Positions 1 to 7,524 of a stretch of DNA of 11,773 nucleotides are shown here, in pieces. The DNA comes from an uncultured archaeon (GTDB taxonomy: Archaea; Asgardarchaeota; Lokiarchaeia; Sigyniarchaeales; Promethearchaeaceae). Position numbers and translations under genes: made by a program. The notes under the pieces are model-generated. The model ran no database searches. It saw only the letters and a program-made list of their open reading frames with translations, and was not told the DNA's origin. The stretch spans positions 1-11,773 of the forward strand of contig CAYRPF010000023.1 in the NCBI GenBank assembly GCA_964426185.1, written 5' to 3'. Every line of letters begins with the position of its first letter. Within the stretch, counting starts at the first letter, position 1.

Positions 1-1196
1 ACTATATCCATCCACCCATCTTGATTGATATCAACCAGCGCTGAATGCATAATTTGATATGGAACAACTAAGCGATTTTCAATATATAATGATTTGTTGT
101 TTGAATAAACACCATAAATTACAACCGAATATTTATCATTAGCATAATCAGGGGCGACAATCTCTGTTTTACCATCATGATCCATATCCCATGCATAAAT
201 ATTATAATGATGACTCTCGTATGTCCCGTTTAAGGATTCAAAATTATAGCGGGTATTCCAAATTGACTGCCACTGGCTTGTTTCATCATTATAATCTATA
301 AATTTAAAATCATCTTGAAAATCACTTAATACAACTTCAATGTTCCCATCCCCATCAAAATCCCCAGTAGCCATATCGAATATGTTTTGTAAATAATCGT
401 ATTGGCGAGGTTCACCCATGGTAAGACTGAGATCTTCGTTCCAAATTGTCAATTCTCCATATCCAATATCTGCACTTTTTCTGTAGCTTCCGTATGCTAG
501 ATGGTATGATCCATCGTTAACAGGGTCTGAATACCAATTATAATTTGTTTTCCACGTCAATTCTGGAGCCAAAGCATCTTTTGGGCCATTAGTGGTGATA
601 TCAAAATAGATCATCACTGTGGCGTTTGTGTTTGCTTCCATCATACCAGGAATTTCAAACCACAATCGACCAGTAGCGTTAGTTAATGCATTAAAAGTAT
701 CAGTTGGAATAAATCGGGAATGAAGCAAATATTGATTTGAATCCGAATAACTTACATTGGCTACAACCATATTTCCATTGCCATTATATTGAACCACTCG
801 AACAGAATTTTCATCAAATTCTACGGAACTTAATCCTAATGCTTCTAATTGCTCCGTAAAATTAATATACATGTTAATAGAATAATCTGTTCGATTGTAA
901 TAAGTGGAATTTATTTCAGCTGGTAATCGATAGGTCCAATCTGTGTCCCACCATTCGTATTTCAATCCTGGATCGTATTCTGCAGCTACGCTTGGTGGAT
1001 TATATTTTCCCGTTATTATATCCATCGGCGTTTTCCCTACGTCTTCTGCAAGATTATTCCCAGAAAAGAAATCTTCTGGTGAATTCAGCATAGTATCGGG
1101 ATTTGAAATCATTGCATTATTTCCGTGCCAAATAGACAAAGAGAATAGAAATAACACAAAGATACTTGAAATATATCGCGTTTTTTTAGAATTCAT
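1..1196 (-). CDS. Secreted/cell-surface glycoprotein, N-terminal 398 aa (truncated by window edge): signal peptide, DUF2341-like domain, FG-GAP/VCBS beta-propeller repeats
   Basis: Hand translation: ATG at 1196, open to base 1. It starts MNSKKTRYISSIFVLFLFSLSIWHG (basic n-region plus hydrophobic h-region). WWDTDWTYRLPAEI (WW..YR core 927-953) is the typical DUF2341-type start motif. DxDxDG-type repeats: GDFDGDGNIEVV (330-365), WDMDHDGKTEIV (156-191), VDINQDGWMDI (3-35). GAGGT lies 6 nt upstream of the ATG. Confidence 0.88.
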   Translation of the reverse strand, partial: MNSKKTRYISSIFVLFLFSLSIWHGNNAMISNPDTMLNSPEDFFSGNNLAEDVGKTPMDIITGKYNPPSVAAEYDPGLKYEWWDTDWTYRLPAEINSTYYNRTDYSINMYINFTEQLEALGLSSVEFDENSVRVVQYNGNGNMVVANVSYSDSNQYLLHSRFIPTDTFNALTNATGRLWFEIPGMMEANTNATVMIYFDITTNGPKDALAPELTWKTNYNWYSDPVNDGSYHLAYGSYRKSADIGYGELTIWNEDLSLTMGEPRQYDYLQNIFDMATGDFDGDGNIEVVLSDFQDDFKFIDYNDETSQWQSIWNTRYNFESLNGTYESHHYNIYAWDMDHDGKTEIVAPDYANDKYSVVIYGVYSNNKSLYIENRLVVPYQIMHSALVDINQDGWMDI

Positions 1197-1202
1197 GTTA
1201 CA

Positions 1203-1207
1203 ACCTC
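1203..1207 (-). promoter_or_regulatory. Shine-Dalgarno-like site (GAGGT) for the surface-protein gene
   Basis: Minus strand reads AAGAGGTTGTAACATG, with GAGGT 6 nt before the ATG at 1196. Confidence 0.55.
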
Positions 1208-1285
1208 TTGTTTGAATTTTGTTTCTAATTACAAATAATAATTATTTCATAGAAAATAATTTAATGAAAAATAAATGAGCTTGAA

Positions 1286-1300
1286 CCTATAAACTTATTC
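1286..1300 (-). promoter_or_regulatory. Candidate archaeal BRE-TATA promoter for the surface-protein gene
   Basis: Minus strand GAATAAG-TTTATAGG in the 130-bp intergenic gap: purine-rich BRE followed by TTTATA. Confidence 0.4.
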
Positions 1301-1326
1301 CCTCCATCATAATTCCCCCAACAGAT

Positions 1327-2001
1327 TTAAAAAATCAAATTTTGTATATGAATGATAAGATCAACATATATATCCTTAGCAAACAACCAAAAAATAATCA
1401 GTTCTAAATATGCTTCTATGATTCCGATTATTGTATCACTGATATAATGGCATCCCAACATAATTCTTGAAAATCCAATTAGCAAGTTTAAAATAATTAC
1501 TAAGGAAAAGACCCATGTTGGCAACCAGAGCAAGGTTATCAATCCAAATAAGATGGTGGAATGATGACAGTGTCCTGAAGGAAAACTATAACCATGGCCG
1601 GTGCTGTCCAACCGAATTATTGTAGAATCTTGCTTAAATGGTCGAGGACGTTTGACGGTATATTTAATGAAGAAATAAGAAGCAAATGATTGGAAAAATC
1701 CCGTGAAAAAAATCGCAAATAGGGTAAAATCATGAATAATCAAACCATAAATCCCTAAGATAACAACTACAATTAGCCATTCCCTCGGATCGCCCAAAAA
1801 TGAGATAAATTGCCATATTTTACGCTGCTTTAGCAAATTTTCATGGTTGTATAGAGCGGTAGTTGTTTTTTTATCCCAAATATCAAGTTTTGGAAAGAAT
1901 TTTCCAAAGAAATCTCTTGAATCTTTATGCCCTTGCCTTGATTCTTGTTCTTCATTTGTCTGAATGGTAGAATTCGCTTCATTCATATTTATTTCTCTCA
2001 C
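1327..2001 (-). CDS. PAP2-family integral membrane phosphatase (lipid/polyprenyl-phosphate phosphatase-like)
   Basis: All three PAP2 motifs are intact: C1 KYTVKRPRP (Kx6RP), C2 SFPSGH, C3 SRIMLGCHYISD (SRx5Hx3D). Several hydrophobic helices. The GTG start overlaps the upstream TGA (GTGA, 1998-2001); an alternative ATG is at 1986. Confidence 0.93.
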   Translation of the reverse strand: MREINMNEANSTIQTNEEQESRQGHKDSRDFFGKFFPKLDIWDKKTTTALYNHENLLKQRKIWQFISFLGDPREWLIVVVILGIYGLIIHDFTLFAIFFTGFFQSFASYFFIKYTVKRPRPFKQDSTIIRLDSTGHGYSFPSGHCHHSTILFGLITLLWLPTWVFSLVIILNLLIGFSRIMLGCHYISDTIIGIIEAYLELIIFWLFAKDIYVDLIIHIQNLIF

Positions 2002-2942
2002 TTTACTGTTAATTGCTCTCTGATATTATTTTTTTTGGTTTTAGAAAAGGTTTTTAATTGATAGGCTAATCGGTGAAGCTTCAATATTTCAAATGGAACT
2101 TGAAATAAAAATCGAACATGAAATCCAGAATATGTTCTAATTCGATAAAACCTAAATAAATGAATATAATTTTTGCTAAGACCTTTTGTAATAAAATATT
2201 CACAAATCTCTGAAAGCGGTGTAGATTTTTGAAATAAGTAGAAAAATGATGCCCGAAGAGCCCATTTATAGGCTTCAATCAGGTATTTCGAAAATTTTTT
2301 ATGAAAGGGAATCAAGGCAATTGCACCGTAGGAAAGAATCAGCGTCATTGCCAAAGACTTGAAGATTTGTATATTTGAATAATGATCATGTTTAATAGAG
2401 AGATCTATCTCACCGTAAAGAAGTTTTGCGCCTTGTTTTAAAGAATCCAAAACGATTTGATCAGGTGCAAGCAACCATGCTACAGCACGATTAACCGATA
2501 AAATTTTGTGAAATCGTTCATTTTTCCAATCGTCCTCTCTACATATAAAATGCGAACAGAACATTCCAGTTCTTCTTTCTACTACTTGCAGAATTCGTTC
2601 GATAAGGTTACTGGAAGGTAAGATATATCCATATTTAATTTCGATGGTTTGAAGCAGCTGATGTACTTTTTTAATACGTCGAAATGGGATGGAATTTGAG
2701 ACAACAATTAATAAATCGATGTCTGAATTTGGTGTGGAACCTCCAATGGCTAAAGAGCCAAAAAGCATCACTCCTTTAATTGCATAAGCTCCTAAATAGG
2801 ATGTCACTGCAGAAATTACTTCTTTCACATATATTTGAGCATGAATTGGGAGGAAGTTAATATTTAGAAGTATTTCTTTTTCATTTGCTGCTGATTTACC
2901 CACTTTTTGTAAAGAATTAGGTGAAGAAATGGAAGATCTCAC
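1998..2942 (-). CDS. Pol-beta superfamily nucleotidyltransferase (MNT/KNTase-like domain plus helical C-terminal domain)
   Basis: MLFGSLAIGGSTPNSDIDLLIVV is the canonical hGS..DhD NTase signature. GTG start at 2942, preceded by an SD-like GTGTGA. The C-terminal half looks helical and includes one hydrophobic segment. Confidence 0.85.
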   Translation of the reverse strand: MRSSISSPNSLQKVGKSAANEKEILLNINFLPIHAQIYVKEVISAVTSYLGAYAIKGVMLFGSLAIGGSTPNSDIDLLIVVSNSIPFRRIKKVHQLLQTIEIKYGYILPSSNLIERILQVVERRTGMFCSHFICREDDWKNERFHKILSVNRAVAWLLAPDQIVLDSLKQGAKLLYGEIDLSIKHDHYSNIQIFKSLAMTLILSYGAIALIPFHKKFSKYLIEAYKWALRASFFYLFQKSTPLSEICEYFITKGLSKNYIHLFRFYRIRTYSGFHVRFLFQVPFEILKLHRLAYQLKTFSKTKKNNIREQLTVK

Positions 2943-3049
2943 GATAAAATTTCACACATTATTTGAAAGTAAAGGAATCAAATTAAGGTTTATGTTCTTT
3001 CTTGATGATGTTCCACCTATTTTTGAAACCATTTCACAATTTGTGCATA

Positions 3050-3065
3050 AATATAAAGTTCTACT
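3050..3065 (-). promoter_or_regulatory. Candidate BRE-TATA promoter for the NTase-PAP2 pair
   Basis: Minus strand AGTAGAAC-TTTATATT in the 193-bp gap after fadH. Confidence 0.35.
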
Positions 3066-3135
3066 TATGAAAACGGAGTGGTATCTTCATACAACTGATT
3101 TAATTGACCAATTTATCCGGGACACTGTGGCGCTT

Positions 3136-5256
3136 TCACAAGTCGAATTTTCCCAATTTAAATGCAGCTTTGAACCCAGAATGTATTGCGTCTAAAATTG
3201 TTCCCACTTTTTTCGCATCTCCGACATATTTAATTTTCGGTTTTTTCGTTTTCTCTATTTTTTTCTGTTTCTCACGTGATTTGATGTATTCTAAAATTTC
3301 TTCTCCAATTGTGCGATTTGGGGTTACACCTGTTGCTAAAAGAACGTTGTTTACATCAGTTAAAGTGTGCATATTACCGTTTGTTTTATTTTCTTCCAAT
3401 GATCTTTCTTGATAAACAACCTTATTTCCCTCGATTCTCTGCACATTTACATTCGTATGAACTTCTATTCCTAATTTCTTTAGTTCATCTAAAAAAACCC
3501 ATTTTGTGGATTTTCCAATGCCGTTACCAATTTTAGGGAGATATTCCAGCAGAATTACTTCACGATCACCTTGATAAGTCCGTTGCATGGCTTCGTCAGC
3601 AGTTAATCCTTCATAAAAACTTAAAAAACGGGCAATCTTGGGATCCATTGCTCCTTTTTTGGCTGCCCAAATAGCTGTTTCCACTCCAGTTGCCGCTCCA
3701 CCAATAACTACTACTTTTTTACCTATAGCTACATTTCCATTCAAAGCTTCGTCTGCAGGACTCACCGGGCATTCATCGGTTCCTTCAATACCAAGAATTG
3801 GAGGTATTTTATAATTTACACCAGTTGCAATCAAGATATAATCTGGATTTTGCTCCAAAATCTTCTCTGGACGGACTTCTGTATTTAGATGCAGCTCAAT
3901 CGGCAAAGAATTTATCTGCTCTTGATAATAGTCAATGATGCGTTTCAAGTCTTCTCTTCCAGGAGGGACATGTGCTACATTTATTTGTCCTCCTATGGTG
4001 CTGGATTTTTCATAGATTATCACTTGATGACCATTACTCGATGCAACTCGAGCAGCTTCTAAACCCGCAGGTCCTGCACCAATGATTACAATTTTCTTGG
4101 GATTGTCGATTGATTTTATTTCACTTATCTTATTTTCATTCATAGCTAGTGGATTAACCATGCAAGATAGTGATTTCAATTGGAAAATCGCATCAAAGCA
4201 ACCTTGATTACAACCTACACAATATCTTAATTGAGTAAGATTGTCCGTTTGCACCTTTTTAGGAAGATCTGGGTCGGCTACTAATGGACGTCCAAAACAA
4301 ATGGCGTCTGCATAAAAATCTTGCAGTAATGATTCACCTATACGAGGGTCATTTATTCTGTTGCTCGCAAATACTGGAATATTTACCACTTGCTTGATTT
4401 CTTTGGCTAAATAGGCAAATGCTCCTGAAGGAGTATCCATTGGAAGTTGGGGAACGCGTGTTTCATGCCAACCTCCAGTTACGTTCAGATATTCAATCCC
4501 AGCTTTGGCATATTCCTTCGCCACGATTTTTTTCTCTTTGTAGGTATTACTCCCGGGAACAAAATCATCGCCCGAAAGCCTACAGCCTATGATAATTTGA
4601 TGGCCAATTCTTTTTTTCAATTTTTGAATTAATTCGAGTGGAAAAGTTAATCTTTCTTGGATATTATTGCCTCCGTAACGATCTTTTCGTTTGTTTTTAA
4701 GCGGAGAAAGAAACTGATCGATCAGATAACCTGCAGAGCTTACTATTTCCACACTATCAAAACCAGCTTTAACCGCGCGTTCGCCTGCAACACATATATT
4801 TTCAATTACTTCTCCCACTTCAGTGGTGGTTAATTCACGCGGTACTTCATGTGTGAAGCGTGAATATACAGCAGAGCTGGATACAGCTTGTTCACCGATA
4901 ATCTGACTGTAAGCATACGCACCAGCATGATATAATTGAGCGCAAATTTTGGCACCTTCTTTGTGGACTACTTGGACTAGATTGGCCAGTCTTGGAATAT
5001 ATTTGTCATCTTCGATGGAAAGCATAAGTGGAGCACCGGCACCTCTGCGGGAAACAGCAATGCCTCCTACAATAATCATTCCCACGCCACCTTGAGCACG
5101 CCTTTGATAAAACCTAATAATTTTTTCCGAAACAAAGCCCTCTTCTGAAGCACCTAGATGCATAGCCGGCATTATCATTCGATTTCGAAGTGTCAATTTT
5201 CCGATTTGAAGTGGTTGAACCAATTTATGAAATTTCATGATATTTAGCTGATTCAT
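3136..5256 (-). CDS. fadH: NADPH-dependent 2,4-dienoyl-CoA reductase-like flavoenzyme (OYE TIM barrel + 4Fe-4S + FAD/NAD(P) domains)
   Basis: LRNRMIMPAMH start of an OYE barrel. SSAGYLIDQFLSP and GGWHETRVP match the FadH Tyr/His catalytic motifs. CVGCNQGC-x11-C is the 4Fe-4S motif. Rossmann motifs IIGAGPAG and VIGGAATG. The real start may be the ATG at 5238. Confidence 0.9.
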   Translation of the reverse strand: MNQLNIMKFHKLVQPLQIGKLTLRNRMIMPAMHLGASEEGFVSEKIIRFYQRRAQGGVGMIIVGGIAVSRRGAGAPLMLSIEDDKYIPRLANLVQVVHKEGAKICAQLYHAGAYAYSQIIGEQAVSSSAVYSRFTHEVPRELTTTEVGEVIENICVAGERAVKAGFDSVEIVSSAGYLIDQFLSPLKNKRKDRYGGNNIQERLTFPLELIQKLKKRIGHQIIIGCRLSGDDFVPGSNTYKEKKIVAKEYAKAGIEYLNVTGGWHETRVPQLPMDTPSGAFAYLAKEIKQVVNIPVFASNRINDPRIGESLLQDFYADAICFGRPLVADPDLPKKVQTDNLTQLRYCVGCNQGCFDAIFQLKSLSCMVNPLAMNENKISEIKSIDNPKKIVIIGAGPAGLEAARVASSNGHQVIIYEKSSTIGGQINVAHVPPGREDLKRIIDYYQEQINSLPIELHLNTEVRPEKILEQNPDYILIATGVNYKIPPILGIEGTDECPVSPADEALNGNVAIGKKVVVIGGAATGVETAIWAAKKGAMDPKIARFLSFYEGLTADEAMQRTYQGDREVILLEYLPKIGNGIGKSTKWVFLDELKKLGIEVHTNVNVQRIEGNKVVYQERSLEENKTNGNMHTLTDVNNVLLATGVTPNRTIGEEILEYIKSREKQKKIEKTKKPKIKYVGDAKKVGTILDAIHSGFKAAFKLGKFDL

Positions 5257-5260
5257 GCAG

Positions 5261-5276
5261 CTTAAAAATTCTTTTT
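5261..5276 (-). promoter_or_regulatory. Candidate BRE-TATA promoter for fadH (suggests a leaderless start at ATG 5238)
   Basis: Minus strand AAAAAGAA-TTTTTAAG. The box centre is about 26 nt upstream of the second in-frame ATG (5238) but only a few nt from ATG 5256. Confidence 0.4.
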
Positions 5277-5318
5277 TTCATTGTTCTGAAAGTACGTGAA
5301 TGATTATTTTTTCCTTTA

Positions 5319-5330
5319 GAAAAAGAAAAA
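5319..5330 (-). terminator. Archaeal oligo-U terminator after the AbrB-PhoU gene
   Basis: TTTTTCTTTTTC immediately follows the TAA on the minus strand. Confidence 0.5.
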
Positions 5331-6449
5331 TTAGAAAAAGATATTAGTGAAATCAAAGATGCTTTTGAATACAGACTCCAAATTCTCAATTAAACAAGCA
5401 ACTCGGTAATAATCATAAAAAGTATGACCATCTTGAATCAACTGCGTGTTTGGTGCCAGAGACATCCATTTCGTTTCTAAAATTGCACCGTCTCGTCGAA
5501 ATTTCTGAATTAAAGACATGACATTTTCATTCATTCCTATGGAAGAACCCTTTTCTGATACAAAATCGCGCAGTAAATCGGCCAATATTCCGAATTCGTC
5601 ATGAATAATCACAAAAAAATCCTGCAAATATTCTAAAAGATTTAATTCAACAATAATTTTGTAATGATTTACAAGTATGCTTGCGATTTCTTTTAGATTA
5701 TCTCCGACATCTTCAATTATTTTAGCCAGTAAGCGCAAATCGATTAGTTTTTTATGCGAATAATTCAAAGGTTTGGAAATTTGTGGATGTTCAAAGATGG
5801 TTCGTATTTGTCGAACAATGAAAAAGTAGTAGCGATCTATCTTCTGATCTTGCAAATTTAAAGATGGCAAATTTTCCAAAGACTCGGTTTTTAAAGCATC
5901 TTGAAGGTCATCGAGCATCCAAATCAAAATACTAAAACATTCTCGGATATAACGTGGAATTTCTTCTTGGAATATGTTCTCTGGGCTTTCAGAAAAGACA
6001 TTCTTGATTAGTAATTTATGATTGGAAACTTGGTTTAGATTCCAATTAAACAATAATCTTTCTTGAGCTTGTTCAATTTGCTCGATTAATTTCTTAGGAA
6101 TATTGCCTTTACTGATTATTTCAACGCCTGCAGCTCCATTCATATAATAACTAATCAAAATAAGTTGAATTCCTTTCTGCTCGATAAATTTAGGGTTCTT
6201 TTTGATAACTTCATCCAAATCAAATAAAAAAACTTTACTTTGAGCCGATTTTTCCAAAGAAGTTGGATATAGGGCCAATGAACCATCAGGTTGTTCGAAC
6301 ATATTAATGATTGCATCTGAACTTGTGTTAGATGAAGAATTGGAGTCTGTCTTAGGTTCTAACCCGTGCTTTTGAATCCAATATTTAGGAAGGGTAATGG
6401 CATAACTGTATTTGGCAAATTTTTGAATTTTTCTCCGATTGATTTCCAT
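5331..6449 (-). CDS. Archaeal phosphate-uptake-regulator-like protein: N-terminal AbrB/SpoVT DNA-binding domain plus PhoU helical domains
   Basis: RRKIQKFAKYSYAITLPKYW...QPDGSLALYP is an AbrB/MazE-type swapped hairpin. LISYYMNGAAGVEI, DQKIDRYYFFIVRQ and AKIIEDVGDNL match the archaeal AbrB-PhoU family pattern. Confidence 0.85.
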   Translation of the reverse strand: MEINRRKIQKFAKYSYAITLPKYWIQKHGLEPKTDSNSSSNTSSDAIINMFEQPDGSLALYPTSLEKSAQSKVFLFDLDEVIKKNPKFIEQKGIQLILISYYMNGAAGVEIISKGNIPKKLIEQIEQAQERLLFNWNLNQVSNHKLLIKNVFSESPENIFQEEIPRYIRECFSILIWMLDDLQDALKTESLENLPSLNLQDQKIDRYYFFIVRQIRTIFEHPQISKPLNYSHKKLIDLRLLAKIIEDVGDNLKEIASILVNHYKIIVELNLLEYLQDFFVIIHDEFGILADLLRDFVSEKGSSIGMNENVMSLIQKFRRDGAILETKWMSLAPNTQLIQDGHTFYDYYRVACLIENLESVFKSIFDFTNIFF

Positions 6450-6499
6450 TATAGGTTCATCTTGTTGTAAAAAATACCGAATATACTAGTTAATATTAT

Positions 6500-6520
6500 A
6501 TATAAAATATAAATTCTCGT
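6500..6520 (-). promoter_or_regulatory. Candidate BRE-TATA promoter for the AbrB-PhoU gene
   Basis: Minus strand ACGAGAA-TTTATAT followed by a second TATA-like AT run, about 60 nt upstream of the ATG at 6449. Confidence 0.45.
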
Positions 6521-6546
6521 TTTTTTTTCCTCTTGGTTCTTGAGAT

Positions 6547-7524
6547 TTACTTGAAATTGAGCAATACTTTTGATAAAACATTGAAGATTTCTCCGCTTTC
6601 TCCCCAGATAGTTACATACTTTGGAGATTGTTGTTTGTGCGTGGAATTACTTTCAATAACAAATGGATAGCTAAAAATATAACCAATAAATTTTTGATCT
6701 TTCAATATTATCTCCATAATGTTAAATTCGCTCCCTTGTATGTTGGAAAAATTAAAGTTATTTTTAGCCGGATCTTGCTTCATTATTTGATATTGAGATA
6801 AATTGCGTGTTTTTTCTTCAATATATCCTTTGCGTTCGAGTTTATAGCGAAATTTTATTCCATTGATATGATATTGATGGAGAAATTGGATGATCTGATC
6901 TTGTCTACTTTCTGGATGAACTTCAGCCAGAAAAATCCCCCCAAATAGTGGATAAGGGTCTTGTTCTTTAATAAATTCCAAGGCAGTAAGTCGAAATTGC
7001 CGTTGTTCGTTATTAATCGTAATAGTTATACCATATTCTCCGTTAAAAATTTGTAAATTGGAAGATTTTTGAATTTTATCAATCAATTTAACCGCAAAAT
7101 TCGAAGCATGAGAAGGAATGGAATGATATAAAACGTTTTTTGATGAATCGCCCTTATTTTCGGCATTGATGGCATCAATAATGGTTACGATGTCATAAAA
7201 ACTACTTTTTTGAGCTTGCAAGTGACTTACAGTTTGCTCAATTTCTGAATTAAGCATTTCTCGAAATAAATTCTTATCAATTATAGTATATTTCAAAGGA
7301 TGAGTTCCAATCTGGATGATCCATCCTTGTTTTTTCAGATTCTTTAATCTTCGATAAAGTTGTGGTTTTTTAGAATTTTGGTTAGGAAACATGTGATGCT
7401 GAAGATTTTTAACCGACATTATCCCGTGTTGAAGTAGATAGAATATAATTTCTACATCCAACGGATGAGGGAAGAAATGTTGCAATTTTTGATGTAATTT
7501 ACTTAACTGTAGGGAATCCACCAT
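6547..7524 (-). CDS. TrmB-family-like winged-helix transcriptional regulator with an unrecognised C-terminal domain
   Basis: DVEIIFYLLQHGIMSVKNL...KPQLYRRLKNLKKQGWII...THPLKY followed by a coiled helix matches the TrmB N-terminal wHTH pattern. The ATG at 7524 overlaps the upstream TAA (TAATG); the ORF-track start at 7539 is an alternative. Confidence 0.72.
   Translation of the reverse strand: MVDSLQLSKLHQKLQHFFPHPLDVEIIFYLLQHGIMSVKNLQHHMFPNQNSKKPQLYRRLKNLKKQGWIIQIGTHPLKYTIIDKNLFREMLNSEIEQTVSHLQAQKSSFYDIVTIIDAINAENKGDSSKNVLYHSIPSHASNFAVKLIDKIQKSSNLQIFNGEYGITITINNEQRQFRLTALEFIKEQDPYPLFGGIFLAEVHPESRQDQIIQFLHQYHINGIKFRYKLERKGYIEEKTRNLSQYQIMKQDPAKNNFNFSNIQGSEFNIMEIILKDQKFIGYIFSYPFVIESNSTHKQQSPKYVTIWGESGEIFNVLSKVLLNFK

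Noticed and set aside
943-1215. 90-aa plus-strand ORF
   Set aside because: Antisense shadow of the motif-bearing minus-strand surface protein, with no recognisable features.
2081-2278. 65-aa alternate-frame minus-strand ORF
   Set aside because: Nested inside the NTase gene, with no motifs.
2952-2954. In-frame TGA as a selenocysteine codon
   Set aside because: The context is not a redox motif, it lies outside the NTase domain, and I saw no SECIS-like hairpin.
2929-3536. Three plus-strand ORFs (88, 102 and 75 aa)
   Set aside because: They overlap fadH and/or the NTase start in antisense and have no motifs. The 88-aa ORF spans the intergenic gap and cannot be fully excluded, but nothing supports it.
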